DNA of 64,000 bases from Eledone cirrhosa (taxonomy: Eukaryota): positions 9,858,001-9,922,000 of the forward strand of contig OZ024758.1 in assembly GCA_964016885.1 (NCBI GenBank), in the 5' to 3' direction. Below, piece after piece: positions 13,502 to 24,806 of this stretch; within the stretch, counting starts at the first letter, position 1; every line of letters starts with the position of its first letter. The position numbers and the translations under genes were made by a program. The notes beneath the pieces were generated by a model. It searched no databases and was not told the origin of the DNA. It saw only the letters and a list, made by a program, of their open reading frames with translations.

Positions 13502-13713
13502 TTTCTAATAAATAATTGTTTCTACTTTAGGCACAAGGCCAGCAATTGCCCAGTGCATTACTTTATTTTATCGACTCCGTAAGGATGAAAGGCAAAGTCA
13601 ACCTCGGTGGGATTTGAACTCAGATTGTAAAGGGACGTAACTATGCTGGAAAGCATGGTGTCCGATCCTCTACCGATACTGCCAATCCACCGCCCTTATT
13701 TCTAATAAATAAT
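13502..13713 (-). mobile_element. Full-length SINE A with 15-bp target-site duplication
   Basis: tttctaataaataat at 13502-13516 and 13699-13713; A- and B-box-like motifs on the minus strand. Confidence 0.88.
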
Positions 13714-14631
13714 ATTGTCTCTTCTACTAAATAATGTTGTCTCTATAAACAATATTATTACCGTTAATGACATTCTTTTGTAAATATTGTTGTTTTAGTA
13801 AATAATATCATTTCTGTAAATTATGTTGATTCTAAAAAACATTTTTTTTGTTAGTTAGATTTGGAGGAAGGGGCTGAAAATGGATGTTTGCAAGCAAAAA
13901 GGAAAGGCAAGAAATTCCAGAGGATTGTCATTCTTGATAAGAAGGACTGGGCATAGTGGTTTGTGGTGGTGGACATGATATAGATGTCAAGAGGAGTTAA
14001 GGATGTCTGTGTTGAGATGACAGTAAATCAATCCACTCCAAGGAGCAGAGGCCACTCGAATATTGTTAGGAAAGACAGTGGGAGAAAACAGCAGATCTCT
14101 GGACCAGAGGTTGTCTTTAATGGTTTCTGATTTAGGCACAAGACCAACAGTTTTGGGGTAGGGGAAAGTCGATTGATTTGACCCCAGTACGTTACTGGTC
14201 TGGTACTTTATTTTATTGACCTTGTAAGGAGGAAAAGCAAGGATTTGAACTCAGCAGGATTTGAACTCAGAACATAAAGGGCCGTAACTCTATGCTGCAA
14301 AGACTGGGGTCCAACACTCCAATGATACTACCAACCCGCCACCCTAATTGTTGCTTGAAATGATAAATAATGTTGTTTCTACAAAATATTGTTGTCTTTG
14401 TAAATAATCCTGTTGCTGTAAATAGGTATGTTCCAAATAAATAATGTTGGTTTCTATAACATTTTTTTAAATAATGCTGGTTTCTATAAATCATCTTTAT
14501 CAATGTAAAATCAATTTTTAAGAAATAAATCTTAAATAAATAACAAACAAAAACCATCTTTGTTTTCTTTTCTCATTTCTTTTCTTTTCTTTATCTACAC
14601 AAAATAGCTGACTAAATATACATTATTTGAC

Positions 14632-14848
14632 TTAACCCTTTAGCATTTAAACCGACAATATCTGGCCCAAACCCCTTTCACATCTTTCTGTTCAAACCTG
14701 CTGTAACTGGCCACTTTTGCTGATGTTAAGGTATTGTTCTCAAAATAAATAACATCAAAATCTTGTAGATTCGATATCATGTGAGATTAAGTGTTTAGCA
14801 CAAAAATACAATAGTAAATATAGAGTAATGTAAATGGTAAAGAGTTAA
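14632..14848 (-). mobile_element. piggyBac-type MITE
   Basis: TTAAccctttagcattt ... aaatggtaaagagTTAA; same family as 12639, 19167 and 24093. Confidence 0.8.
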
Positions 14849-15309
14849 ATGTTGTCAATTTAATTACATACGTATTTTGTTCTTGGCATGCAATTTCATG
14901 TAAGTTATGTTTTGTTTTCCTCTCACAAAATACTCCAGGATAGTGTTTCACTAGATTATTAGATACTGTGATCCCAAATGGACCAACAGTACCTTAGGTA
15001 GGGGTCAAAATTGCATATGTCCATTTTGACAGCTGATGACCAAGAAGTTTTTGTACATGTTATCAATTTTGCTATATATATCTACATAGTGGCAGATTGC
15101 CAGGTTGCCAGGTTGCCCAATGGCAAGTGGGCCCTAGGGATCCCACAATAGCATTGCAGGAACCCACTGTAGTATTTTAGGGGCCAATGTTTTGTTTTCA
15201 AAAAATATCTAATAGAAAATAAAAATTAAAAAAACATATAGAAACAAATAAGCAAAACATTTGGTCAAACAATTCCCTAGGGAATTAATAGAATCCAAAA
15301 TATATTATA

Positions 15310-15600
15310 GTGCTCAAGGGTGTGTTTCACTCGAGATGCATGAGCTGGTACAGCCATGTCAAGCACAGTGAGGGCTGGATCAGCAAAGTGATGAATGTTG
15401 ATCCAGAAGGTAGTAGAGGTCCAAGAAGGACTTGGATAGAGGATGTTTGTCGGGACGAAGCTAGGCTTGGTCTGACCAAAGTGAGACCAACAGACAGAAA
15501 CACGTGAAGCAGGAGACCAAGAAGCATTGTCAAGCAGGACCCACCCCTACTTAAGGATTAATTGTGCCCTGCATAATCAAAAACTGGATGATGATGATAT
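15310..15600 (+). mobile_element. RTE LINE 3' end
   Basis: WYSHVKHSEGWISKVMNVDPEGSRGPRRTWIEDVCRD followed by a (gat)n tail. Confidence 0.7.
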
Positions 15601-15607
15601 ATATATA

Positions 15608-15648
<41 letters not shown>

Positions 15649-16059
15649 ATATATGTATATGGCAACTTCTAGCCGATTGACATATTTTTTTATGTACCAA
15701 AACTTAAATGTATCTAAAGAAGGAACCATCATGTCACTTAATATTTTCTTTTCTTTTATTTTGAAACCATGTGTTGTGGTGGATTTATGTCACCCTTTTT
15801 ATGTTAACACTATAAGATGATTTATTTTTGGGAGTAATTACTTTTACAGGTAGATACACACTCTCTACAACCGCCTTCCTACTGCTAACCACTCAGGTGT
15901 GAAATTGGTATTGAAGCTGTTTATATATATATTTTTTTATTTTTTATTTTTCAGCCAGCAATGAGCAAACAGTGTTACGTGCTTCTCTCAGAGTCCCAAT
16001 ATTATATAGTGCAGAAGTAATATCTAAATTTACTTGGTCAATAGTCCAGTCAGTACCTT

Positions 16060-16312
16060 AACTCTTTCATTACTCTATTTCTAACGTACAGCCTATGTGT
16101 TTCAGTTAATTCTTTAGATAATAAAAAATTTCAGGAATTTAATAAAATACCCAACTTTTTCATTATTAGGTTGATATTTAGGACATTACTTAACAAAGAT
16201 TTCTTATATAAAATTATGATAGGTTTTAATATGAGTGAATATTTCAAAATGGGCAGTTTTTTTTATCATAAAACTAGGACAGTTTCAGGTGGATTGGTAT
16301 TAAGAGGGTTAA
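16060..16312. mobile_element. Second, older TTAA-flanked MITE family; related copies near 5800, 18864, 24360 and 40170
   Basis: ttaactctttcattact...ggtattaagagggttaa termini and a shared internal cataaaactaggacagtttcagg motif. Confidence 0.55.
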
Positions 16313-16869
16313 CTTCACAGCTTGAATGGGTTTTTTATTAAAAGAATTCCTGTTATTGGTATTATGTTTATTATTTAAAGGGGGGGGGGGGGGGGGTGGC
16401 AGTATTTGTAGAATGTCAGATACTCTGCTTTGTGGCATAGCGCTACGACCATTTACATTCTGATTTACATCCTGCTGAGATTAGCTTTTCTTTTCATCCT
16501 TACAGGGTCAATAAAATAAAGTACCAGTAATGCACTGGAGTTAATTCAATAGACTTACCTCCCCTCCCCAACATTCTTGGCCTTCTGCCTAAATAAAAAA
16601 CAACAACATTATAAAAGGGCGATAGATTGGCAGTATCGGTAGAGTGTCAGACAACATTCTTTGTGAATATGAATGGTCTATATGGCTAATCATTTCAAAA
16701 AGGTATAAACTTCCATTACTGTTAGATATAATGTGTGGCTTCGTTGAGAGTAGATACATTTTAAAAATCAATATGTAATAAACTGTCAAATACTTGAAGC
16801 ACAATTATAAATTTTGTCTAAATTAATAAATTCATGTTTTATGTCTTTTACCAAAAGACATGAAAACAT

Positions 16870-17096
16870 TTGTGGTTAGAATGTCTTAGGAAAGAATCGC
16901 TGGGCAGATTTTATGGACAAAAGCACCCGGTAAGAGACGCAAGAGTCGACCCTGAGCAAGATGGTTGAATAATATCCATGAGCTTGGCTGGTCATGTTTA
17001 GAGATGGTTGCTTCTGACAGGACCTGCTGGAAGGAGTGTTTGAGGACTCTGCCCCCTCAACATTCCCAGGAATAAGTGGGTGAAGAAGAAGAAGAT
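16870..17096 (+). mobile_element. RTE-like LINE 3' end with (gaa)n tail
   Basis: GKRRKSRP*ARWLNNI...LEMVASDRTCWKECLRTLPP; same family at 50271-50395 (-). Confidence 0.7.
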
Positions 17097-17223
17097 GTTA
17101 TATGTCTTGGCTCTAAATATTTCTTACTATGATCTATTCTGATATTTCTATTTGTTGTTTTTTAATTATATCAAATTTTTTGTATAAACTTATAATGAAT
17201 TACTTTCAAATAGTAAACTCATA

Positions 17224-17425
17224 TATGAGGATCAGCTGAAAAGCTCATTCGCTAACCAAGATACTCTCATGGAATGACCAAATGAGATTTATTTTTCAAC
17301 ATAATCCCTGAAAAGAAACAATGCAGTTATTAATAAGAAGAGCTGAAATTAATGCATGCAAGATTTCACATCTCTAGCATCAATCCTTCATAGTCAGCCT
17401 ATGAACATTTTAGCCGACCCTTGTA
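17224..17425. mobile_element. Mariner-type MITE of about 200 bp; other copies at 23143-23344, 38495-38700 and 58326-58526, partial copy at 38316
   Basis: TA-flanked terminal inverted repeats, consensus TAcgagggtcggctgaaaagttcataggctgac...gtcagcctatgaacttttcagccgaccctcgTA. Confidence 0.8.
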
Positions 17426-17437
17426 AAACTCACTTAC

Positions 17438-17478
17438 CCAGGAGAAAATCTCACAGATTCTAGCAGCTGAAATATTGT
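17438..17478 (-). other. Candidate 41-nt internal exon
   Basis: Minus strand ttcctctctatttcacAG|acaatatt...tctcctgg|GTAAGTga; two frames are open. Confidence 0.4.
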
Positions 17479-18149
17479 CTGTGAAATAGAGAGGAACTCC
17501 AGTCAGTGTTACAGGTGAAGTCATTCTATCATTATGTGATTCATATTGTGTGATCTTCATTTTAAAAGATGGTATGGATTTTGCTGAGAATGATTTGGCT
17601 GCTACATTGAGCAGATGAAATCACTACATAAAGTTTCTTTTACAAATTAATCTTGGTATATTTTAAAGTGAAATAAGGTATTAAGTAACTGAGAATAAAA
17701 GACTTTCCCCTGGACAGGTTGTCACTCCATCACAGGATTGACCCCCCAGCTACTTCTGGTAATCATTTTTATCTGAATTGACGAGAGCAATGTGAAATGA
17801 AGTTTTTTCTTTATCCAAGAACACAACATACCACCCTGTCCAAAAATCAAACTCATGACATTATGGCCAGAAAAACTTGCCACTTTAAACAGCAGCAACA
17901 CTTTCAAACTAACACGTGTATCTTTGCCTTTTTTTTAGCAAGTTTAACTCCTCCTGAGAGTCTAGAGAAACCAATGCAGAATCAGGATACCACATTCATT
18001 TCTATCCATCTTGTCATTAGATCAGGTGTTCAGGTTCTAATTATGAACTACAGGCAACAATTGTTGCGCAACGTTCGAATTCACATGAAATTGTTATGCA
18101 AAAAAATTCACTATCTAGCAGGTGTCTTCCTTGGTTACAAGGGTTAGGT

Positions 18150-18345
18150 ATATTTTGTCTTCCTTCTTTTTTAGTGGAGACTTGTAGCGTTCTTAGCCCC
18201 TGGACCGCATACCTGCTCAGTGTTATCAGAGTGGAGTTGGCTACTAGAAGGTTCAAGCCCCATGAAGTGGGGTGGTTGTTTCAGCACTGGAGCAATGTCT
18301 GGAGCAATGTCTTCTCCATCCTCTCGACCAAAACCAAGAAGCAGA
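18150..18345 (+). mobile_element. CRE-like retrotransposon 3' fragment
   Basis: FLVETCSVLSPWTAYLLSVIRVELATRRFKPHEVGWLFQH; parallels 52490-52730. Confidence 0.55.
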
Positions 18346-18863
18346 TGACATATTAAGGCAGTAGTAGGGTAGCAAACTTCAAATGAAAGGGTTAATGCTG
18401 ACACAGACTCTCACACATGGCTATAAATAGTTCAAGATTATTATGATTGAATTTACTAGTATAAGATTATTTTAGGCTCTAAACTGGGATGGATGCTGAA
18501 ATAATTAGTCTTTATGGTAGTTAAGTTGATTACCACTCCTTGTTCATAATTTACACCCATGATGTCTTATGATGACTACCACCTTTATTTTGTTGTTATT
18601 GCTGAGTTTTAGAATAATGTCTCCATCAGGAATTTGTCATGCCACAGCCACTGCTATATCAAACAAGATTTGAATAGTGAAAAATAAATGGTAAAAAAGA
18701 CAAAAAACAAAGGAGAAAAAAACAAAAAGAAATGAAGAACATTTGATTAAAAAAATGAAAATACATTATGTCTGAAAAGAAAAAGGATGTGATGGTCATG
18801 TCCCAAAATCCTATAATCCATTGTCTACTTGATCAAGGTTGACCTAGGGCTAAACAATAACAT

Positions 18864-19527
18864 TTAACCCTTTAGTTACCAACTTGGCCCAAACCAGCTA
18901 TGGTTCTATGAAATACAACCACCAATTTGATCTTTTAGCATTTAAGCCGGCTGTATCCGGCCAGAATTCTTTCACCTCTTTCTCATCAACTCAGCCATAA
19001 TTGGCTGCTCATACTGACATTAAGGTATTGTTCTCAAAATATATAACATCAAAATTTCATAGATTTCATATTATGTGAGATAATTATGTAAGATAAAGCC
19101 TTCACCATGAAAATACAATAGTAAATATAAAGTAATGTAAGTGTTAAAGGGTTAAAAGTTTCCAATTTAACCCTTTAACATTTACATTACTCTATATTTA
19201 CTATTGTATTTCACACAATTATCTCACATAATATTGAATCTATGAGATTTTGATATTATTTATTTTGAGAACAATACCTTAACATGAGAATGAGTGGCCA
19301 GTTATGGCTGGTGTGAACAGAAAGAGGTGAGAGAATTCTGGTCAGAAACGGCCGGTTTAAATAATAAAGGGTTCAATTAAAATCTTCCAAAATAAATTTA
19401 GAGAAGAACCTTACATTAAGTTTTAGTTCTAAAATAATTAATAATTCCAGTAAATCCCTCAAAATTGTTCAGTATTTAATTAAAATAGAGTGTATTTCAT
19501 TTGAAATGTGATCATGAAAGGGTTTAA
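18864..19527. mobile_element. Older TTAA MITE containing two nested piggyBac-type MITEs in opposite orientation: 18927-19155 (-) and 19167-19375 (+)
   Basis: Terminal repeats and TTAA-like junctions visible; the inner copies are reverse complements separated by about 11 bp. Confidence 0.7.
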
Positions 19528-19934
19528 GTGATTTACTTTCATGTTTTGGTGTGCAACAGACCAGTTCACATCAAATTTGTCATGCATAGGCATTCACTTC
19601 CTTCTTTAACCCATGAGAGATACGCAGCCACACCTTGGTGGCTTTCCTGCTCTAATTTACGAGTAAGTATAAGATTATTTTAGAACACAAAGTAGGATTG
19701 ATGCTGAAATAATTAAACATTCTAATAATAAGGTTGTTACCACTCCTGGCTTAGATGTTATGACTACAACCTGTTATGGTTGTATCTAATGAGTCTCAGA
19801 AGACTGTCATTGAATCACATATAACTGTCTTCACATTCTCCTCCTCTCTAGTTTGGTATTAACTACTTCCTTACATAGAGCACACTTATACCATTATTAG
19901 GTTAACATCAACACATTTTCATTAAATATGTCAT

Positions 19935-20355
19935 TGCTGTTTTTGTTGTTGCTGCTGTTGTTGTTGTTGTTTTTTTGTTGTTTTTGTTGTTATTGCTGCT
20001 GTTTTTGTAGTAGTAGTAGTACTAGTAGTAGTAGTAGTAGTTGCTGTAGTAGTAGTAGTAGTAGTAGTAATAGTAGTAGTAGTAGTTGTAAGTAGTAGTA
20101 GTAGTAGTAGTAATTGTTGCTGTAGTAGTAGTAGTAGTTGTTGTTGTTGTAGTAGTAGTTGTAGTAGTAGTAGTAGTAGTAGTAGTTGTAAGCCGTAGTA
20201 GTAGTAGTAAGCAGTAGTAGTAGTAGTAGTAGTAGTTGTAAGCAGTAGTAGTAGTAGTAGTAGTTGTAGTAGTAGTTGTAAGCAGTAGTAGTAGTAGTAA
20301 TAGTAGTAGTAGTAGCAGCAGTAGTAGTTGTTGTTGTTGTTGTTGTTGCTGATAG
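19935..20355. repeat. Compound (TTG)n/(TAG)n microsatellite
   Basis: Read directly from the sequence. Confidence 0.95.
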
Positions 20356-20539
20356 TATTATTGCAATGTTATTCATATTTCAATAGTAATTATCATTATA
20401 ATAAAGATAATTACAATTGAATTATAAGATGATGATGATGATTAAATTTATAATTGAGATAAGTGTGGTTTTGAAGGGAATGAAGAAGAAGAAAAAGGTG
20501 ATGATGATGATGATGACTGAAAGACTTTAGTGTTACCAT

Positions 20540-20922
20540 TTACACATACACACACTTTCTTAAACATATATATACACATATACAGTTTCTTAAACATATA
20601 TATACACATATATACAGTTTCTTAAACATATATATATATATATATACACATATATAGTTTCTTAAATATATATACACATACACACAATTTCTTAAACATA
20701 TATACACATATATACAGTTTCTTAAACATATATACACATATATACAGTTTCTTAAACATATATACACATATATACAGTTTCTTAAACATATATATATACA
20801 CATACACAGTTTCTTAAATATATATACACATATACAGTTTCTTAAATATATATACACATACACAGTTTCTTAAATATATATACACATACACACAATTTCT
20901 TAAACATATATACATATATACA
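20540..20922. repeat. Minisatellite of about 30-32 bp (cacatatatacagtttcttaaacatatata)
   Basis: About 12 variant units. Confidence 0.9.
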
Positions 20923-21565
20923 CAGAATTCTCTACCTCTAAGGTATTGTTCTCAAAATAAATACTTTCAAAATCTCATAGATTCGATATTATGTGAGTTA
21001 AAGCCTTTACCATGAAAATACAATAGTATATATAGAGTAATGTAAATGTTATGTGAGATATTATGTGAGTTAAAACCTTTACCATGAAAATACAATAGTA
21101 TATATAGAGTAATGTAAATGTTATGTGAGATATTATGTGAGTTAAAACCTTTACCATGAAAATACAATAGTATATATAGAGTAATGTAAATGTTATGTGA
21201 GATATTATGTGAGTTAAAACCTTTACCATGAAAATACAATAGTATATATAGAGTAATGTAAATGTTATGTAAGATATTATGTGAGTTAAAGCCTTTGCCA
21301 TGAAAATACAATAGTATATATAGAGTCATGTAAATGTTATGTGAGATATTATGTGAGTTAAAACCTTTACCATGAAAATACAATAGTATATATAGAGTAA
21401 TGTGAATGTTATGTAAGATATTATGTGAGGTAAAGCCTTTACCATGAAAATACAATAGTATATATAGAGTAATATAAATGTTATGTAAGATAATTATGTG
21501 AGTTAAAGCCTTTACCATGAAAATATTATAGTATATATAGAGTAATGTAAATGTTAAAGGGTTAA
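20923..21565 (-). repeat. piggyBac-type MITE with an internal 72-bp unit amplified about 8 times
   Basis: Period 72 from 20985; the unit matches the MITE interior; ends aaatgttaaagggTTAA. Confidence 0.88.
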
Positions 21566-22463
21566 GTCAGTAGGTTTGTGGTATGAGGGAGATTTTAGTT
21601 GCTATTTCTAACAGTTTAAACAATCATATTGAGGCTCACTATTCTTGCTGTCATTGTCATCATCATCATCATCATTATCATCATTGTTGTTGTTGTTGTT
21701 TAATGATTATCAATACTAATGACTCCTTTGTTTATTTTTCTTGTTATCTATTGATCCCCCCCCCCCCAACACCCCACCCTCCCATTTACTATTAACTGTC
21801 AATCAACAGAAATATATTTTTTACTTGTTATTCAATTTTCAATAAACAATCTATTATTTAGTTTAAGAAATATATTTTTTTTAGACATATTTGTGTACGT
21901 CATTCTTTTTTTTTTAATATCATCATCATTATTATCCTCATCATCATCACCATCACCATCAACCTCATCATAATCATCATCATCGTCTTCATGATCATTG
22001 TCAGCATCACCATTGCCATTTAACATCTATTTTCCATGCTTGCATGGGTTGGACAGGGTGTCACATCCTGACCATACCTATGGGAAAATGGATGTAAAAC
22101 TGATGAAGATGATGTGTGTATGCTTGTGTTTGAATATAGCACTGTAAAACATAGCATGGAATTGTGTCAATTTATGTCAAGAGTAGACTGACTTAAGTAC
22201 TGGAATTAGTAGAATTGACCAATGCCATTGAAAACAGTCTTGAAACATGGCTGCAGTCTAATGATTTAAACTACTACATAAAAATATTTTGTCAGCCTCC
22301 TCATCGTCATCATCATCGTTTAATGTCAATTTTCCACGCCAGCATAGGTTAGCCAGGTTGTGCCATTAGAGACAAGTTGGGTCGGGTGACCATGTCTTGC
22401 TCATATAGAACTGTTTCTGACTCGATTTCTACGGCTGGATGCCCTTCCTAATGTCAAACACAT

Positions 22464-22980
22464 TTACAGTGTGAGCTGGGTGTTTTTGTTATGACACCTA
22501 CACGGCCACTTTACAGTGTGTACTGGGTGTTTTTGTTGTGACACCTACACGACCACTTTACAGTGTGTACCGGGTGTTTTTGTTGTAACACCTACACGGC
22601 CACTTTACAGTGTGAGCTGGGTGTTTTTGTTGTGACACCTACATGACCACTTTACAGTGTGAGCTGGGTGTTTTTGTTGTGACACCTACATGATCACTTT
22701 ACAGTGTGTGCTGGGTGTTTTTGTTGTGACACCTACACGACCACTTTACAGTGTGAGCTGGGTGTTTTTGTTGTGACACCTACACGACCACTTTACAGTG
22801 TGAGCTGTGTGTTTTTGTTGTGACACCTACATGACCACTTTACAGTGTGAGCTGGGTGTTTTTGTTGTGACACCTACACGACCACTTTACAGTGTGGACT
22901 GGGTGTTTTTGTTGTGACACCTACATGACCACTTTATAGTATGGACTGGATATTTTTGATACCAACATAATTTTACAGTG
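22464..22980. repeat. 47-bp minisatellite (about 11 units) derived from a SINE tail
   Basis: ttacagtgtgagctgggtgtttttgttgtgacacctacacgaccact; continues a SINE tail from about 22300. Confidence 0.9.
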
Positions 22981-23624
22981 TAAGGGTGGTGTGGACAGAA
23001 GTGGGAGGGTGGTGTAGGGGTGTATGGAAAGGGTTACAGTGGATTAAGTGATTAAGAGGTGCCTGCTGGGTGTATGTTTGTAACAACTAATATCTAAAAG
23101 TTATTTTCTTCCTATGTAGCCATTTACCTATTTGTTGGAACATTCGAGAGTCGGCTGAAAAGTTCATAGGCTGACCAAGATACTCTCATGGAATGACCAA
23201 ATGAGATTTATTTTTCAACATAGTCCCTGGAAAGAAACAATGCAGTTATTAATAAGAAGAGTTGAAATTAATGCATGCAAGATTTCACAGCTCTAGCATC
23301 ACTTCTTCATAGTCAGCCTAGGAACTTTTCAGTCAACCCTTATATTTTGATTATATTTTTTTTTTTTTATATAACTTATTCTAGAACCTGTAGCTTTCCC
23401 AACATTTGACATTTTGAACATTCAAATGACTTGCAAAAAAATACACATTTTTTTCTAAGAATTACAAAGAAAAAAATGATAATCTTTAAGTTTTACTTAG
23501 TAATTATTGATAAAGAAAAGTGTTTGAACTTCATAGCTTGCTTAGTTTCTTAGATATCAGAACACATACTGAATTAATCAACCAAACAAACATCATCAAC
23601 AATCACCACTACCACCATCATCAC

Positions 23625-23663
<39 letters not shown>

Positions 23664-24092
23664 CATCATCACTACCACCACCATCATCACCACCACCACC
23701 ACCAACACCACCACTGCCACCACCACAACCAATATCATCACCATCATCATTTAATGTCCATTTTGAACATATGGGTTAACTAAAGGTGAATGCATAAATA
23801 ATTATGAAACTGCTAAAAATGTACTCAAATATAAGCTGAGGAATATGTGACCAAAATATTGATGGTAAAATTGGGAGGGAGGGTCTTATATATATGATAT
23901 CTAAACAATTTGTTGATTAGCTGCCTCGGCTTATCAATGGGGTTTGTATTTTTGCCCATTTCTCAGGCATAAAATAGGGGGCAGCCTATATTCGAGTATA
24001 TATGGTAAATCACTACTGAAAATCCTCCATCAAATATACAGCTTCTATATTCCCAATTTTCCTCCCTTGAGGCTATGGTACGTGACACTTGC

Positions 24093-24321
24093 TTAACCCT
24101 TTAGTATTTATCTTACTCTATATTTACTATTATATTTTCATAGTAAAGGCTTTACTTCACATAATTATCTCACATAATATTGAATTTATGAGATTTTGAT
24201 ATTATTTATTTTGAGAACAATACCTTAACATCAGTATGAGCAGCCAGTTATAACCAGTTTGAACAGAAAGCAATGAGAGGTTTCTGGCCAGATATGGCCA
24301 GTTTAAATGCTAAAGGGTTAA
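24093..24321 (+). mobile_element. piggyBac-type MITE
   Basis: TTAAccctttagtattta...aaatgctaaagggTTAA. Confidence 0.82.
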
Positions 24322-24567
24322 GGTGTCACACAGTAGATTGCAATGGTTCCTGTGTTAGTTTAACCCTTTCATTATCATAATTTCTAATAAAATTATATTG
24401 GAAGATTTTAAATTTAATAGGAATGCTTTAAAATAGATGATTTTGTTTCATAGGACCTGAGACAGGTTTGGGAGGTTTAATATCAAAATGTTTAACTCAA
24501 AATTTCAGTGGCACTTGCTTTTCAAATGTACGTAAATATGGATGTGGTATAAGTATCAGAACAGATA

Positions 24568-24806
24568 TACGAGGTGTGTCAGAAAAGAAACAGGACCTTA
24601 GTTGAAAATATATATATATATTTTAAATCTAAGCTACGAACTACAAGCTTTCCCCTTCGAAATAACCCCCCTTGAGTCTAATGCACTTTCCTATCCTTCT
24701 GCGTCGTTCCTCCATGTACTTATGGAAGGAGCAACCGACTAATCCCTACCCAACTCATAGCTCACACAGCGCACTAAGTCCTGTTACTTTTCTGACACAC
24801 CTTATT
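24568..24806. mobile_element. Mariner-type MITE (second family)
   Basis: TAcgaggtgtgtcagaaaagaaacaggac ... gtcctgttacttttctgacacacctt inverted termini. Confidence 0.75.
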
